Source: Candidatus Omnitrophota bacterium (GTDB taxonomy: Bacteria; Omnitrophota; Gorgyraeia; DTHP01). Taken from it: a stretch of DNA of 64,000 nt. The DNA lies in contig JAMWCW010000001.1 of NCBI GenBank assembly GCA_023819145.1, positions 154,474 through 218,473 on the forward strand, in the 5' to 3' direction. Positions 31,662 through 40,027 of this stretch are shown piece after piece (within the stretch, counting starts at the first letter, position 1; every line of letters begins with the position of its first letter). The position numbers were made by a program, and so were the translations under genes. Below the pieces are notes generated by a model. That model was not told the origin of the DNA and searched no databases. It worked only from the letters and a program-made list of their open reading frames with translations.

Positions 31662-32231
31662 ATGATATTGATGATTGATAATTATGATTCATTTACCTAT
31701 AATCTTGTTCAGTATCTTGGAGAATTGGGTGGAGAATTAGTGGTTTATCGCAATGATAAGATTACCTTAGAAGAGATTAAGAGGTTAAAGCCTAAGCATA
31801 TTGTAATTTCCCCTGGTCCGGGTAGACCTGAAGATGCCGGCATATCTTGTGATTTAATTCGTGAATTCGCAGGTAAAATTCCTATTTTAGGAGTTTGTCT
31901 TGGCCATCAATGCATTGGTGAAGTTTTTGGAGGAAGAGTTGTTCAGGCAGAAAGACTGATGCATGGGAAAACATCATTGATTTATCATAAAGGTACAGAC
32001 ATTTTTGAGGAAGTAGAAAACCCTTTTGAAGCAACCAGGTATCATTCCTTGATTGTAGAAAGAGAGGGTTTGCCTGCTCTTCTGGAAATCATTGCCGAGA
32101 CAAAAGAGAAAGAAATTATGGGGTTAAAGCATAAAGATTACCCTCTTTGGGGAGTTCAGTTTCATCCCGAGTCCATTCTTACTAAAGAGGGTAAAAAAAT
32201 CCTAAATAATTTCATCAAGATAAATGATTAG
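31662..32231 (+). CDS. trpG: Anthranilate synthase component II (glutamine amidotransferase)
   Basis: [29 protein letters not shown]. Confidence 0.95.
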   Translation: MILMIDNYDSFTYNLVQYLGELGGELVVYRNDKITLEEIKRLKPKHIVISPGPGRPEDAGISCDLIREFAGKIPILGVCLGHQCIGEVFGGRVVQAERLMHGKTSLIYHKGTDIFEEVENPFEATRYHSLIVEREGLPALLEIIAETKEKEIMGLKHKDYPLWGVQFHPESILTKEGKKILNNFIKIND

Positions 32232-33234
32232 AGAGTCGATTGGAAAACTTATAGAAGATTTATCTCTTACTAATGAAGAGATGAAGAGGGTGATGGAAGA
32301 GATTATGACCGGAGAAGCTCTCCCTACTCAGATTTCCTCCTTTTTGACTGCCTTACGGATGAAAGGAGAGACGGTTGAAGAGATTAGCGGTGCTGTCGAG
32401 ACGATGCGCAAATTTGTGATTAGGATTAAAGTGGATTCTCCAGTTATTTTTGATGCCTGTGGAACCGGAGGAGATGGATTGCGCACTTTTAATATCTCTA
32501 CAGTTTCTTCTTTTGTTGTCGCAGGCGCAGGAGTTACTGTAGCAAAACACGGTAATCGTTCGGTTTCCAGTCAGTGTGGAAGTGCGGATTTAGTAGAAGC
32601 TTTGGGAGTGAATCTCGAGGTAGATAAAGAGATAATTGAGTTATGCTTAAAGGAAATTGGTATCGGGTTTTTATTTGCCCCAAAATTTCATCCCGCAATG
32701 AAATATGCTACGCCTGTGCGTAAAGAAATAGGGATAAGGACTATCTTTAACATTTTAGGACCTTTGACCAATCCTGCGGGTGCAACCCATCAACTTTTAG
32801 GGGTCTATGATAGAAATCTCGGAAGAAAAATTGCTCAGGTTTTAGGAGATTTGGGCTCAAAACATGTTTTAGTGGTGCATGGTCTTGATGGGCTGGATGA
32901 AGTTTCTACCAATTCGGAGACTTTGGTCTGGGAGTGGCGTGAAGGAAATTTGGAAGAGTATAGCATAGTTCCTTGGGATTTGGGGATAAAGAGAAGTTCT
33001 TTAGATACGATAAAAACTCCCGATTTAGAGACAAACAAAAAAATAGCTTTAGAGGTATTAAACGGTAAGGAAAGTCCCTATTATGATATCGTGGTATTGA
33101 ATAGCGGTTGTGGACTCTATGCTGCAGATAGGGTGAAGGATATTGAAGAGGGAGTAAATCTGGCAAGGGATGTTATTAAAAAAGGATTAGCAAAAAATAA
33201 ATTGGAAGATTTAATACGCTATACCAACTCATGA
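32224..33234 (+). CDS. trpD: Anthranilate phosphoribosyltransferase
   Basis: [30 protein letters not shown]. Confidence 0.97.
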   Translation: MIRESIGKLIEDLSLTNEEMKRVMEEIMTGEALPTQISSFLTALRMKGETVEEISGAVETMRKFVIRIKVDSPVIFDACGTGGDGLRTFNISTVSSFVVAGAGVTVAKHGNRSVSSQCGSADLVEALGVNLEVDKEIIELCLKEIGIGFLFAPKFHPAMKYATPVRKEIGIRTIFNILGPLTNPAGATHQLLGVYDRNLGRKIAQVLGDLGSKHVLVVHGLDGLDEVSTNSETLVWEWREGNLEEYSIVPWDLGIKRSSLDTIKTPDLETNKKIALEVLNGKESPYYDIVVLNSGCGLYAADRVKDIEEGVNLARDVIKKGLAKNKLEDLIRYTNS

Positions 33235-34022
33235 GTAGCAAAAGCATATTAAGTCAAATTATAGAATATAAACAAGAAGAGATAAAAAAAAGAAAAGCTT
33301 TAATTTCTCAAAGAGATATTCTCAAAGAGATAAATTCCCTTCCTGCCCCACGTGATTTTAAATCAGCAATTTCTAAAACCACGAGAATAAACCTTATTGC
33401 CGAATTAAAGAAATCCTCACCATCAAAGGGTATTTTACGCAGTGATTTTGATCATCGGGAGATATCCGCGATTTACGAAGCTTCTGGAGCTGATGCTTTA
33501 TCGGTGCTTACAGAAGAGCCATTTTTTCAAGGAGCCATTTCTTACATAAAAGAGATAAAAGAGGTTGTTTCGCTTCCTCTATTGAGAAAAGATTTTATTA
33601 TTGATCCTTATCAGATTTATGAATCGCGCTATTATGAAGCTGATGCGGTGTTACTCATTGCCTGTTTGTTGAGTGGAGATGAACTAAAAAGGTTTTCCGA
33701 AATAGCTAAAAGTTTATCTTTAGAGGTAATGGTAGAGGTGCATACGGAGGAAGACCTGAAAAAAGTTTTAGCCCTTAAAGATATTTTTATAATTGGTATT
33801 AACAATCGTAATCTCTTTACTTTTGAAGTTGATTTGGAAACCACCGTTCGTTTAAGACGTCTTATTCCTGAGGAGAAGATTGTGGTATCGGAGAGTGGAA
33901 TTGATTCTTATGAGGATGTAATGTATTTAAAAAGTTTAGGGGTAAATGCAGTTTTAATTGGGGAAGCATTTATGACGGCGGAGGATATAGGAGGTAAGAT
34001 TAAGAAAATCATGGGACGCTGA
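33231..34022 (+). CDS. trpC: Indole-3-glycerol phosphate synthase
   Basis: IAELKKSSPSKG, LRKDFI, GINNRNL, SESGI. Confidence 0.97.
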   Translation: MSSKSILSQIIEYKQEEIKKRKALISQRDILKEINSLPAPRDFKSAISKTTRINLIAELKKSSPSKGILRSDFDHREISAIYEASGADALSVLTEEPFFQGAISYIKEIKEVVSLPLLRKDFIIDPYQIYESRYYEADAVLLIACLLSGDELKRFSEIAKSLSLEVMVEVHTEEDLKKVLALKDIFIIGINNRNLFTFEVDLETTVRLRRLIPEEKIVVSESGIDSYEDVMYLKSLGVNAVLIGEAFMTAEDIGGKIKKIMGR

Positions 34023-34048
34023 TAAGGGTTAGAGGGTTAATTTATTTA

Positions 34049-34678
34049 ATGGGTAAAATAAAGGTTAAGATTTGTGGAATAACCAATTTGGAAGATGCAA
34101 AACAGGCAGTAGATTTAGGTGCGGATATATTAGGCTTCGTTTTTGCGCGAAGTCCACGCCAGATTACTCCCCAAAAAGCCAAGGCAATTATTAAAAATCT
34201 CCCTCCTTTTGTCATTAGGGTGGGGGTTTTTGTGAATGAAAAGTTGGAGAATATTGAGAAAATCGTGAATTTTTGCAGATTGAATTTAGTGCAGCTTCAC
34301 GGTGAAGAATCTCCAGATTTCTGCAAGAAAGTAAGAAAATTTGTAGGGGTGATTAAAGCCTTCAGGATGAGGAGTGCATTAGAGTTAAAGAAAATGCTTA
34401 ATTATGATGTGGATGCTTATTTATTAGATTCTTTTGTTACCGGAGTATATGGTGGAACAGGGAAAACTTTTGATTGGGGACTGGCAATAAAAGCGAAAAG
34501 AATTTTGAATAAACGTCCTTTAATCCTTTCGGGAGGGCTTAATCCAGAAAACATTGCTCAAGCCATAAAAAAAGTTCGTCCCTACGCAGTAGATACTTCC
34601 AGTGGAGTGGAGAAGTTTCCTGGGAAAAAAGATAAAGTTTTATTAAAGAGATATTTTCGCAAGCTTTTCCTTCCATAA
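34049..34678 (+). CDS. trpF: Phosphoribosylanthranilate isomerase
   Basis: KICGIT, VQLHGEE, GGTGKTFDW, SGGLNPEN, DTSSGVE. Confidence 0.96.
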   Translation: MGKIKVKICGITNLEDAKQAVDLGADILGFVFARSPRQITPQKAKAIIKNLPPFVIRVGVFVNEKLENIEKIVNFCRLNLVQLHGEESPDFCKKVRKFVGVIKAFRMRSALELKKMLNYDVDAYLLDSFVTGVYGGTGKTFDWGLAIKAKRILNKRPLILSGGLNPENIAQAIKKVRPYAVDTSSGVEKFPGKKDKVLLKRYFRKLFLP

Positions 34679-34697
34679 AATTATTTTTAGAACTTAC

Positions 34698-34796
34698 ATG
34701 GTCAAAAAATTGTTTATCCGCACTTACGCTTGTCATATGAATGCGTTGTTACATTTGGGTTTTACAATCATCCAGGAATATTACGATAGAAATTAA
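34698..34796 (+). pseudogene. miaB 5'-end remnant 1 (MVKKLFIRTYACHMNA...)
   Basis: 33/42 nt identical over the codons matching EKVFVRTFGCQMNV of miaB at 40027; similarity stops after the MN codons; read manually, not in the ORF track. Confidence 0.75.
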
Positions 34797-34850
34797 TCAT
34801 TAAGAGATTTATTGTTTTATAGATATCCTTAGAAAGGGGGAAAGACGTAA

Positions 34851-35339
34851 ATGGAAACTAACGATTTTCAGAATAAAGAGGGAATTGTTAGGTCTTTAGG
34901 TGCATTTATTATTGTGTCGGTGGTGGTTGTAGTTGTTGTTTCTTTTATTATCTATAAGAAGAGTTTGCTGGGTCCAGTTTTAATTGGGTTGGGGTTATTG
35001 CCTTTGATATGGGTAAAATTTTCTGGGCGCAGTGTAAAGTCAATAGGAGCTGACATAGTGTTTGGAGCAATTGATACTAGTCTATTAGGGGTAGCAGCTC
35101 TAATCGGTGCAAACTTTGCAGGAACGCTAGGTGCTGTTGTGGGTGGAGCAGTAGGAGATGTTATCACTGATGGTATTGCAGGGCTTTTTGAAGGAAGAAT
35201 CTCATCAACTTTAAGAAGATACGGCATTGAAGAGGCAAGGACTCCTTTAAGTAGCTCAATGGGTAAGATGTCCGGATGCTTAGTAGGCATAGGGGTTGTC
35301 TTGACTATTGCGTGGACGATTTTACGTTTGAAGATGTAG
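34851..35339 (+). CDS. Integral membrane protein, TMEM65/VIT1-like motif pattern
   Basis: Several TMs; FGAIDT, GAVGDVITDGIAG, GKMSGCLVG. Confidence 0.6.
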   Translation: METNDFQNKEGIVRSLGAFIIVSVVVVVVVSFIIYKKSLLGPVLIGLGLLPLIWVKFSGRSVKSIGADIVFGAIDTSLLGVAALIGANFAGTLGAVVGGAVGDVITDGIAGLFEGRISSTLRRYGIEEARTPLSSSMGKMSGCLVGIGVVLTIAWTILRLKM

Positions 35340-35358
35340 AACATTTTAAATAAAGAAT

Positions 35359-35384
35359 TTTAGCGGAGCGAGAGTTTCGCTAAA
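35359..35384 (+). other. RNA hairpin with GAGA tetraloop
   Basis: TTTAGCGGAGC-GAGA-GTTTCGCTAAA, 11 bp including two G-U pairs. Confidence 0.5.
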
Positions 35385-35431
35385 GGGTCATATGGAATAA
35401 ATCGTAAAAGCATTAGAGAGTTAAAAAAGAG

Positions 35432-35941
35432 ATGAAAAAGAGATGGGTTGTGGTTAACGATTTTATGCAGCGAGGATATCGTTATTTGCGTGTTGAGCCG
35501 ATGGGCAAGAATTTTGACAAAGAGTTTAAACCTCAACTTACTCCAAAACAGATGTTGTAGATGGGCGTATTTGGCGGTAAATACATGACCGACTGTCGTC
35601 ATGAATTTCCCGCATCATGGTTTAAGAAAGCGAAGTTATGTCCTGAAAAACATGACCCAAAATTGAATTATTTTGGTGTAAATGCCAGCCAACCGCTTTC
35701 AGTGTGGAGAAAGAAAGGATGGATCTATAAAGATGACCCCCGGGGATGGTTCCAGTGGTACTGTCGGTATTATATGGGCAGGAGAATTCCCGAAGAAGAT
35801 AGGCGTCAGATTAAAAGATGGAAAGCTATAAAAAGACATATTGCTCAGATAAAGAAAAATTGCGGAAAGAGCAGGCGCTTATGCAGACTGAAACAACGCC
35901 AGGTACTACTTCATTGGGCTTATGATAGTAGGAGGATATAA
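35432..35941 (+). pseudogene. Conserved hypothetical protein interrupted by an in-frame TAG (35558-35560)
   Basis: MKKRWVVVNDFMQRGYRY...FKPQLTPKQML*MGVFGGKY...DPRGWFQWYCRYYMGRR is one continuous frame. Confidence 0.7.
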
Positions 35942-36906
35942 TGCGAAGCTCTTTTCCAAAACCAAATATCTTTATCAGTAAATGTCTCGGTTTTGCCAAT
36001 TGCCGTTGGAACGGAGAAATCATTCCCGATATCTTTGTTGAAAAATTAAAACCTTTTGTGTCCTATACCACTACGTGCCCTGAATGTGAGATTGGTTTAG
36101 GAGTTCCCAGAGACCCGATACGAATCGTGTTTAAAAAAGATGTATACCGTTTGATGCAGCTTAACACTGGAAGAGATGTGACTCGTGAAATGAATGAATT
36201 TTCTCTGGATTATCTGGGATCATTAGAGGAGATAGATGGATTTATCTTAAAAGACCGTTCTCCATCATGTGGCATAAAAGAAGTTAAGGTGTATCCAAGT
36301 CTTGATTCCTCGGCTTCGTTTAAGAAATCATCAGGATTCTTCGGTAAGGCGGTTTTGAACCATTTTCCTCATTCCGCGATTGAAACTGAAGCCCGACTTA
36401 CCAATTTGGGAATCAGAGAGCATTTTTTAACGAGGATATTTACGTTTGCGCGGTTTAGGAATATGTCAAGCGGATTTAAAATAAAAAATTTGGTGCAGTT
36501 CCATACCGAGAATAAATTCTTATTAATGATGTATAGTCAGAAAGAGCTAAAACTTATGGGTAATATCGTAGCTAATAGGCAAAAGAACCTACCACAGCGA
36601 GTTTTTAAAAATTACCAAGAAGCACTTTACAGAGCTTTAAACAAAAAACCTACCTTTAGCGCAGCGGTCAATGTTTTAATGCACGGTTTAGGTTATTTTA
36701 CAAAAGTTCTCAAACCCGAAGAAAAACGTTTTTTTCTTAATACCTTGGAAGAATATAGAAGGGAACAGATTCCTTTAAGTGTTCCACTGAGCATTCTGCA
36801 TGCATATGCGCTCAGACATAACACATCATACATCAGTCAACAAACATTCTTAGAGCCTTTCCCTCGGGCATTATTAGAAACGAGGGACACGAGTAAGGGT
36901 AGATAG
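35941..36906 (+). CDS. DUF523 + DUF1722 protein (YbbK/YbgA, 2-thiouracil desulfurase family)
   Basis: ISKCLG..CRWNG, CPECEIGLGVPR, LKDRSPSCG, FHT.NK..LM, NVLMH..GYF. Confidence 0.9.
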   Translation: MRSSFPKPNIFISKCLGFANCRWNGEIIPDIFVEKLKPFVSYTTTCPECEIGLGVPRDPIRIVFKKDVYRLMQLNTGRDVTREMNEFSLDYLGSLEEIDGFILKDRSPSCGIKEVKVYPSLDSSASFKKSSGFFGKAVLNHFPHSAIETEARLTNLGIREHFLTRIFTFARFRNMSSGFKIKNLVQFHTENKFLLMMYSQKELKLMGNIVANRQKNLPQRVFKNYQEALYRALNKKPTFSAAVNVLMHGLGYFTKVLKPEEKRFFLNTLEEYRREQIPLSVPLSILHAYALRHNTSYISQQTFLEPFPRALLETRDTSKGR

Positions 36907-36993
36907 AGTTTCTGTGCTTATTCACCGGTTCTCTTTGGTGGAGAGAAGATAGTTTGCGATAGAGTAAGTTATTTTGTAGAAAAACATAAGATA

Positions 36994-38712
36994 ATGCATT
37001 ATCTAAGTGAACATAATATCTTCGTATTTTTAGTCCAAATTGTTATTCTCCTTGGTCTTGCCAGAGGATTGGGTGAATTATTTCGCAGGTGGAAGCAACC
37101 GCCTTTAACCGCAGAACTTTTAGTAGGAGTTTTTTTAGGGCCTACGATTCTGGGTAGATTGGCTCCTACTTGGCATCAAATTATTTTTCCTCAGGATGTT
37201 ACACAACATAATATGTTTGAAACCGTAGCTTGGCTTGGAGTCCTATTCCTGCTTTTAGAAGCGGGGCTTGAAATCGATTTTACCTCTGCTTGGAGACAGC
37301 GAGGAGATGCTTTGAAGATAGCAATATCCGATATTATCATACCGATGGTTATTGCATTTATACCCTGTTTTTTCCTCCTTGATTCATATTTGGTAAATCC
37401 AGAGCAAAGGTTTATTTTCGCTATGTTTATGGCAACAGTGATGACCATCAGTGCTTTACCGATTGCGGTAAGAGCATTACATGATTTGAAGCTTTCAAAA
37501 ACCGATCTGGGGTTTTTGATAATGTCGGCATTATCGGTAAATGACTTTATCGGATGGTTGTTCTTTACCTTAGTGCTCGGAGTATTTACGCAGGCTAATT
37601 TGGATATTATAAAGGTCTTAGCAATTGCTGGCACAACGATTATCTTTACAGTCATTTGCCTTTCTATTGGGAGAAAAACCGTTGATAAAATAATCACAGG
37701 TATAAAGTCTGCTCAGATGCCTCAACCGGGAATACCCTTGACTTTCATCTGTTTGCTCGGTGCCTTTTGTGGAGCCATAACTCAGAAGATTGGCATTCAC
37801 GCATTGTTTGGATTTTTTATTGCAGGAATTATGGCCGGCGGTTCACGCGCGCTATCGGAAAACGTCCGGCAAGTTATCTCTCAAATGGTCTATGCCATAT
37901 TCGTTCCGTTATTTTTCGTAAATATTGGTTTAAAAGTCGATTTTCTAAAAAGTTTTGATATTTTTCTTGTTCTGTTTATTAGCATTATTGGTATTGGCGG
38001 AAGATTTCTGGGGGCATGGATTGGGGTTAATTTTACAAAACTACCCAAGACGAATAGACTTGCTATAGCGATTGCCCATACACCCGGCGGAGCGATGGAA
38101 ATCGTTGTGGCTTTGCTTGCTTTAGAATACAACCTTATCAGCCAGCCGGTATTTGTAGCTATTGTTTTTGGTGCAGTAATATCTTCTGTTATCCTCGGGC
38201 CTTGGTTTAGCTACGCGATAAAGAAGCGGAAAGAAATAAGCATTCTTGAATATTTTTCTGCAAGAGGCATAATTGGGTCTATTAAACAAGATGACAAAAG
38301 TAAAGCAATTAAGGATTTATGTAGGCTTGCCGATAGTCAGGATGATATGCCCGATTCAGAAACTATTTATGAAGCAGTAATGAAGCGTGAGAATGAAATG
38401 GGTACGGGGATGGAGGAGGGTTTGGCTGTTCCTCACGCGCGACTCTCGGCAATTAAACGACCATTGGTCTACTTTGGACGTTCGGTTGATGGTATTGAAT
38501 GGGATACCCCGGACGGCAAGCTTGTCCGTTTTATTTTTTTAATATTGACTCCCAGTGATGACGATGATTCTCAGGTACAGATATTAGGTGCTATCGCAAG
38601 AACAATAAGTGATGAACAGATAAGGGATTCTATTTTAAAGGCGATAGACGAACATGAAATTTGGTTAATCTTACAGAAGGTTTTTTCCACCCAGCACATT
38701 AGAAAAGAGTAA
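36994..38712 (+). CDS. Cation:proton antiporter fused to a PTS EIIA domain
   Basis: Many TMs, GLEID, SALP, ND..GW, FVPLFF; C-terminal RE..MGTG...GLAVPHAR, DTPDGK.V. Confidence 0.88.
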   Translation: MHYLSEHNIFVFLVQIVILLGLARGLGELFRRWKQPPLTAELLVGVFLGPTILGRLAPTWHQIIFPQDVTQHNMFETVAWLGVLFLLLEAGLEIDFTSAWRQRGDALKIAISDIIIPMVIAFIPCFFLLDSYLVNPEQRFIFAMFMATVMTISALPIAVRALHDLKLSKTDLGFLIMSALSVNDFIGWLFFTLVLGVFTQANLDIIKVLAIAGTTIIFTVICLSIGRKTVDKIITGIKSAQMPQPGIPLTFICLLGAFCGAITQKIGIHALFGFFIAGIMAGGSRALSENVRQVISQMVYAIFVPLFFVNIGLKVDFLKSFDIFLVLFISIIGIGGRFLGAWIGVNFTKLPKTNRLAIAIAHTPGGAMEIVVALLALEYNLISQPVFVAIVFGAVISSVILGPWFSYAIKKRKEISILEYFSARGIIGSIKQDDKSKAIKDLCRLADSQDDMPDSETIYEAVMKRENEMGTGMEEGLAVPHARLSAIKRPLVYFGRSVDGIEWDTPDGKLVRFIFLILTPSDDDDSQVQILGAIARTISDEQIRDSILKAIDEHEIWLILQKVFSTQHIRKE

Positions 38713-38770
38713 TGTCAGAAATTAAAACAAAAAAAGTCTATTTACCTGCACTTTCGGCTGACTGAACGTT
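38712..38770 (+). pseudogene. miaB 5'-end remnant 2 (MSEIKTKKVYL-, frameshifted RTFG)
   Basis: GCACTTTCGGCTG at 38748-38760 is identical to miaB 40055-40067 and is preceded by AAAAAAGTCTAT (KKVY); the ATG overlaps the antiporter stop (TAATG). Confidence 0.7.
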
Positions 38771-38927
38771 ACAGTGGTTCGGGATGGTGCTTGAAACATT
38801 ACGCAAGATAAGTGCCTTAGAATAAAAGGATTACGAAACACTGTTATTAATAAGTGATTTTTTTTGAAATATGGCATAATGTTGTATAAAGTTGACATCT
38901 GTTTGGTAGGTATCAACTTTTAGTCTG

Positions 38928-39025
38928 TTACCCAACAGGATATGTAATATTAATATTTGTTAGGTAATTATTTCCTTGACATTTGTTACCCAACAAGTTA
39001 TATTGTTATGTAGTTTGTTGGGTAA
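38928..39025. promoter_or_regulatory. Two tandem palindromic operators TTACCCAACA-N20-TGTT(A/G)GGTAA
   Basis: Arms at 38928-38937/38958-38967 and 38986-38995/39016-39025; 58-bp period. Confidence 0.8.
38976..39004 (+). promoter_or_regulatory. Sigma70 promoter of the two-gene TA-like operon
   Basis: TTGACA-17nt-TATATT, overlapped by the second operator. Confidence 0.75.
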
Positions 39026-39036
39026 TGGGAGGGTTT

Positions 39037-39357
39037 ATGCGAGGTATAATAAAAGGGGTCTTAGCAGAAGAACTTGAAAATTCGCTTCGGATGAGAAAGG
39101 AGTATGAAGAGGTATTGGGTAGATTACCTAAAGGATGTCTTGCGATAAGAAAGATAAGAGGTCACGAGTATTATTATCTGGTAAAGAGAATAGGTAAGAA
39201 GGTAAAGTATATCTACAAGGGAAAAATATCCGAAGAAGAGAAAAAGAAGTATGACGAAGCCAAAGAGTTGCGGGCAAAATACAAGAAATTATTGTCCCAA
39301 GTCAAAAAGCAAATAAGATTCTTAAGGAGTTCATTGCGTGGAAAAGAAGCAATTTGA
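39037..39357 (+). CDS. Small basic protein, putative antitoxin/DNA-binding partner (DUF6788-like)
   Basis: LPKGCL.IRKIRGHEYYYL..R.GKKVKY.YKG plus coiled coil; RBS GGGAGG before the ATG at 39037. Confidence 0.65.
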   Translation: MRGIIKGVLAEELENSLRMRKEYEEVLGRLPKGCLAIRKIRGHEYYYLVKRIGKKVKYIYKGKISEEEKKKYDEAKELRAKYKKLLSQVKKQIRFLRSSLRGKEAI

Positions 39358-40027
39358 TTTATGTCTTGAAATTTTAAGAAGATTTCATAAAGAGGGTATC
39401 TTAGACGACTTAATTCTTATAGGTAGTTGGTGTATATATTTTTATAAAGAATATTTTAGTAATGTGCCTTACATAGAACAAGCCGCCATACGAACCAGAG
39501 ACATCGATTTTTTAATCGCTAAGCCAGCAAAAATAAAACATACCGTAAATATTCCCGAGCTTCTAAAGGATTTAGGTTTTGTAACGATTCTAAAAGGGCG
39601 CGAGGGTTATGTCAAACTTGACCATCCTGACTTAATGCTTGAGTTCTTGGTTCCGGAAAGGGGGAAAGGCACGGACAAGCCGGTTCCGCTAACAAAGTTG
39701 GGTATAAATGCAGTGGCGCTAAGATTTTTGAACCTACTCACTGATAATATAATTAAAATAAAAGTTGAAGATTTTACTATCTCAATGCCACATCCCGCCA
39801 ATTTCGCTCTTCATAAATTAATAATCTTCCAGCGCAGACTCAGGGAAGAAAAAGCGATAAAAGATAGAAACGCTGCCATTGATATTTTAAAGGCCTTGAT
39901 ACGTAAAGGAGATATAGCAATTATTCAACGGATTTTTAATTCCATGATTCCGAAATGGCAAAAGAAGATTATAAAGGGGTTGCAAGAAGTTAAAGAAAAA
40001 GAAATATTAGAAATATTGACCGATTAA
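39338..40027 (+). CDS. Nucleotidyltransferase-fold protein (GSU2403-like), putative toxin
   Basis: LIGSW, RTRDIDF, EFLVP, P.PANFALHKLII...KAIKD; GTG start overlapping the upstream gene. Confidence 0.75.
   Translation: MEKKQFDLCLEILRRFHKEGILDDLILIGSWCIYFYKEYFSNVPYIEQAAIRTRDIDFLIAKPAKIKHTVNIPELLKDLGFVTILKGREGYVKLDHPDLMLEFLVPERGKGTDKPVPLTKLGINAVALRFLNLLTDNIIKIKVEDFTISMPHPANFALHKLIIFQRRLREEKAIKDRNAAIDILKALIRKGDIAIIQRIFNSMIPKWQKKIIKGLQEVKEKEILEILTD

Noticed and set aside
38869-38897. dif-like site (ATATGGCATAA-TGTTGT-ATAAAGTTGAC)
   Set aside because: The left arm resembles a XerC arm, but the right arm matches TTATGTTAAAT poorly.
38722-38916. 64-aa minus-strand ORF in the cassette junction
   Set aside because: No recognisable motif or RBS; it overlaps the miaB remnant and palindromic regulatory DNA.
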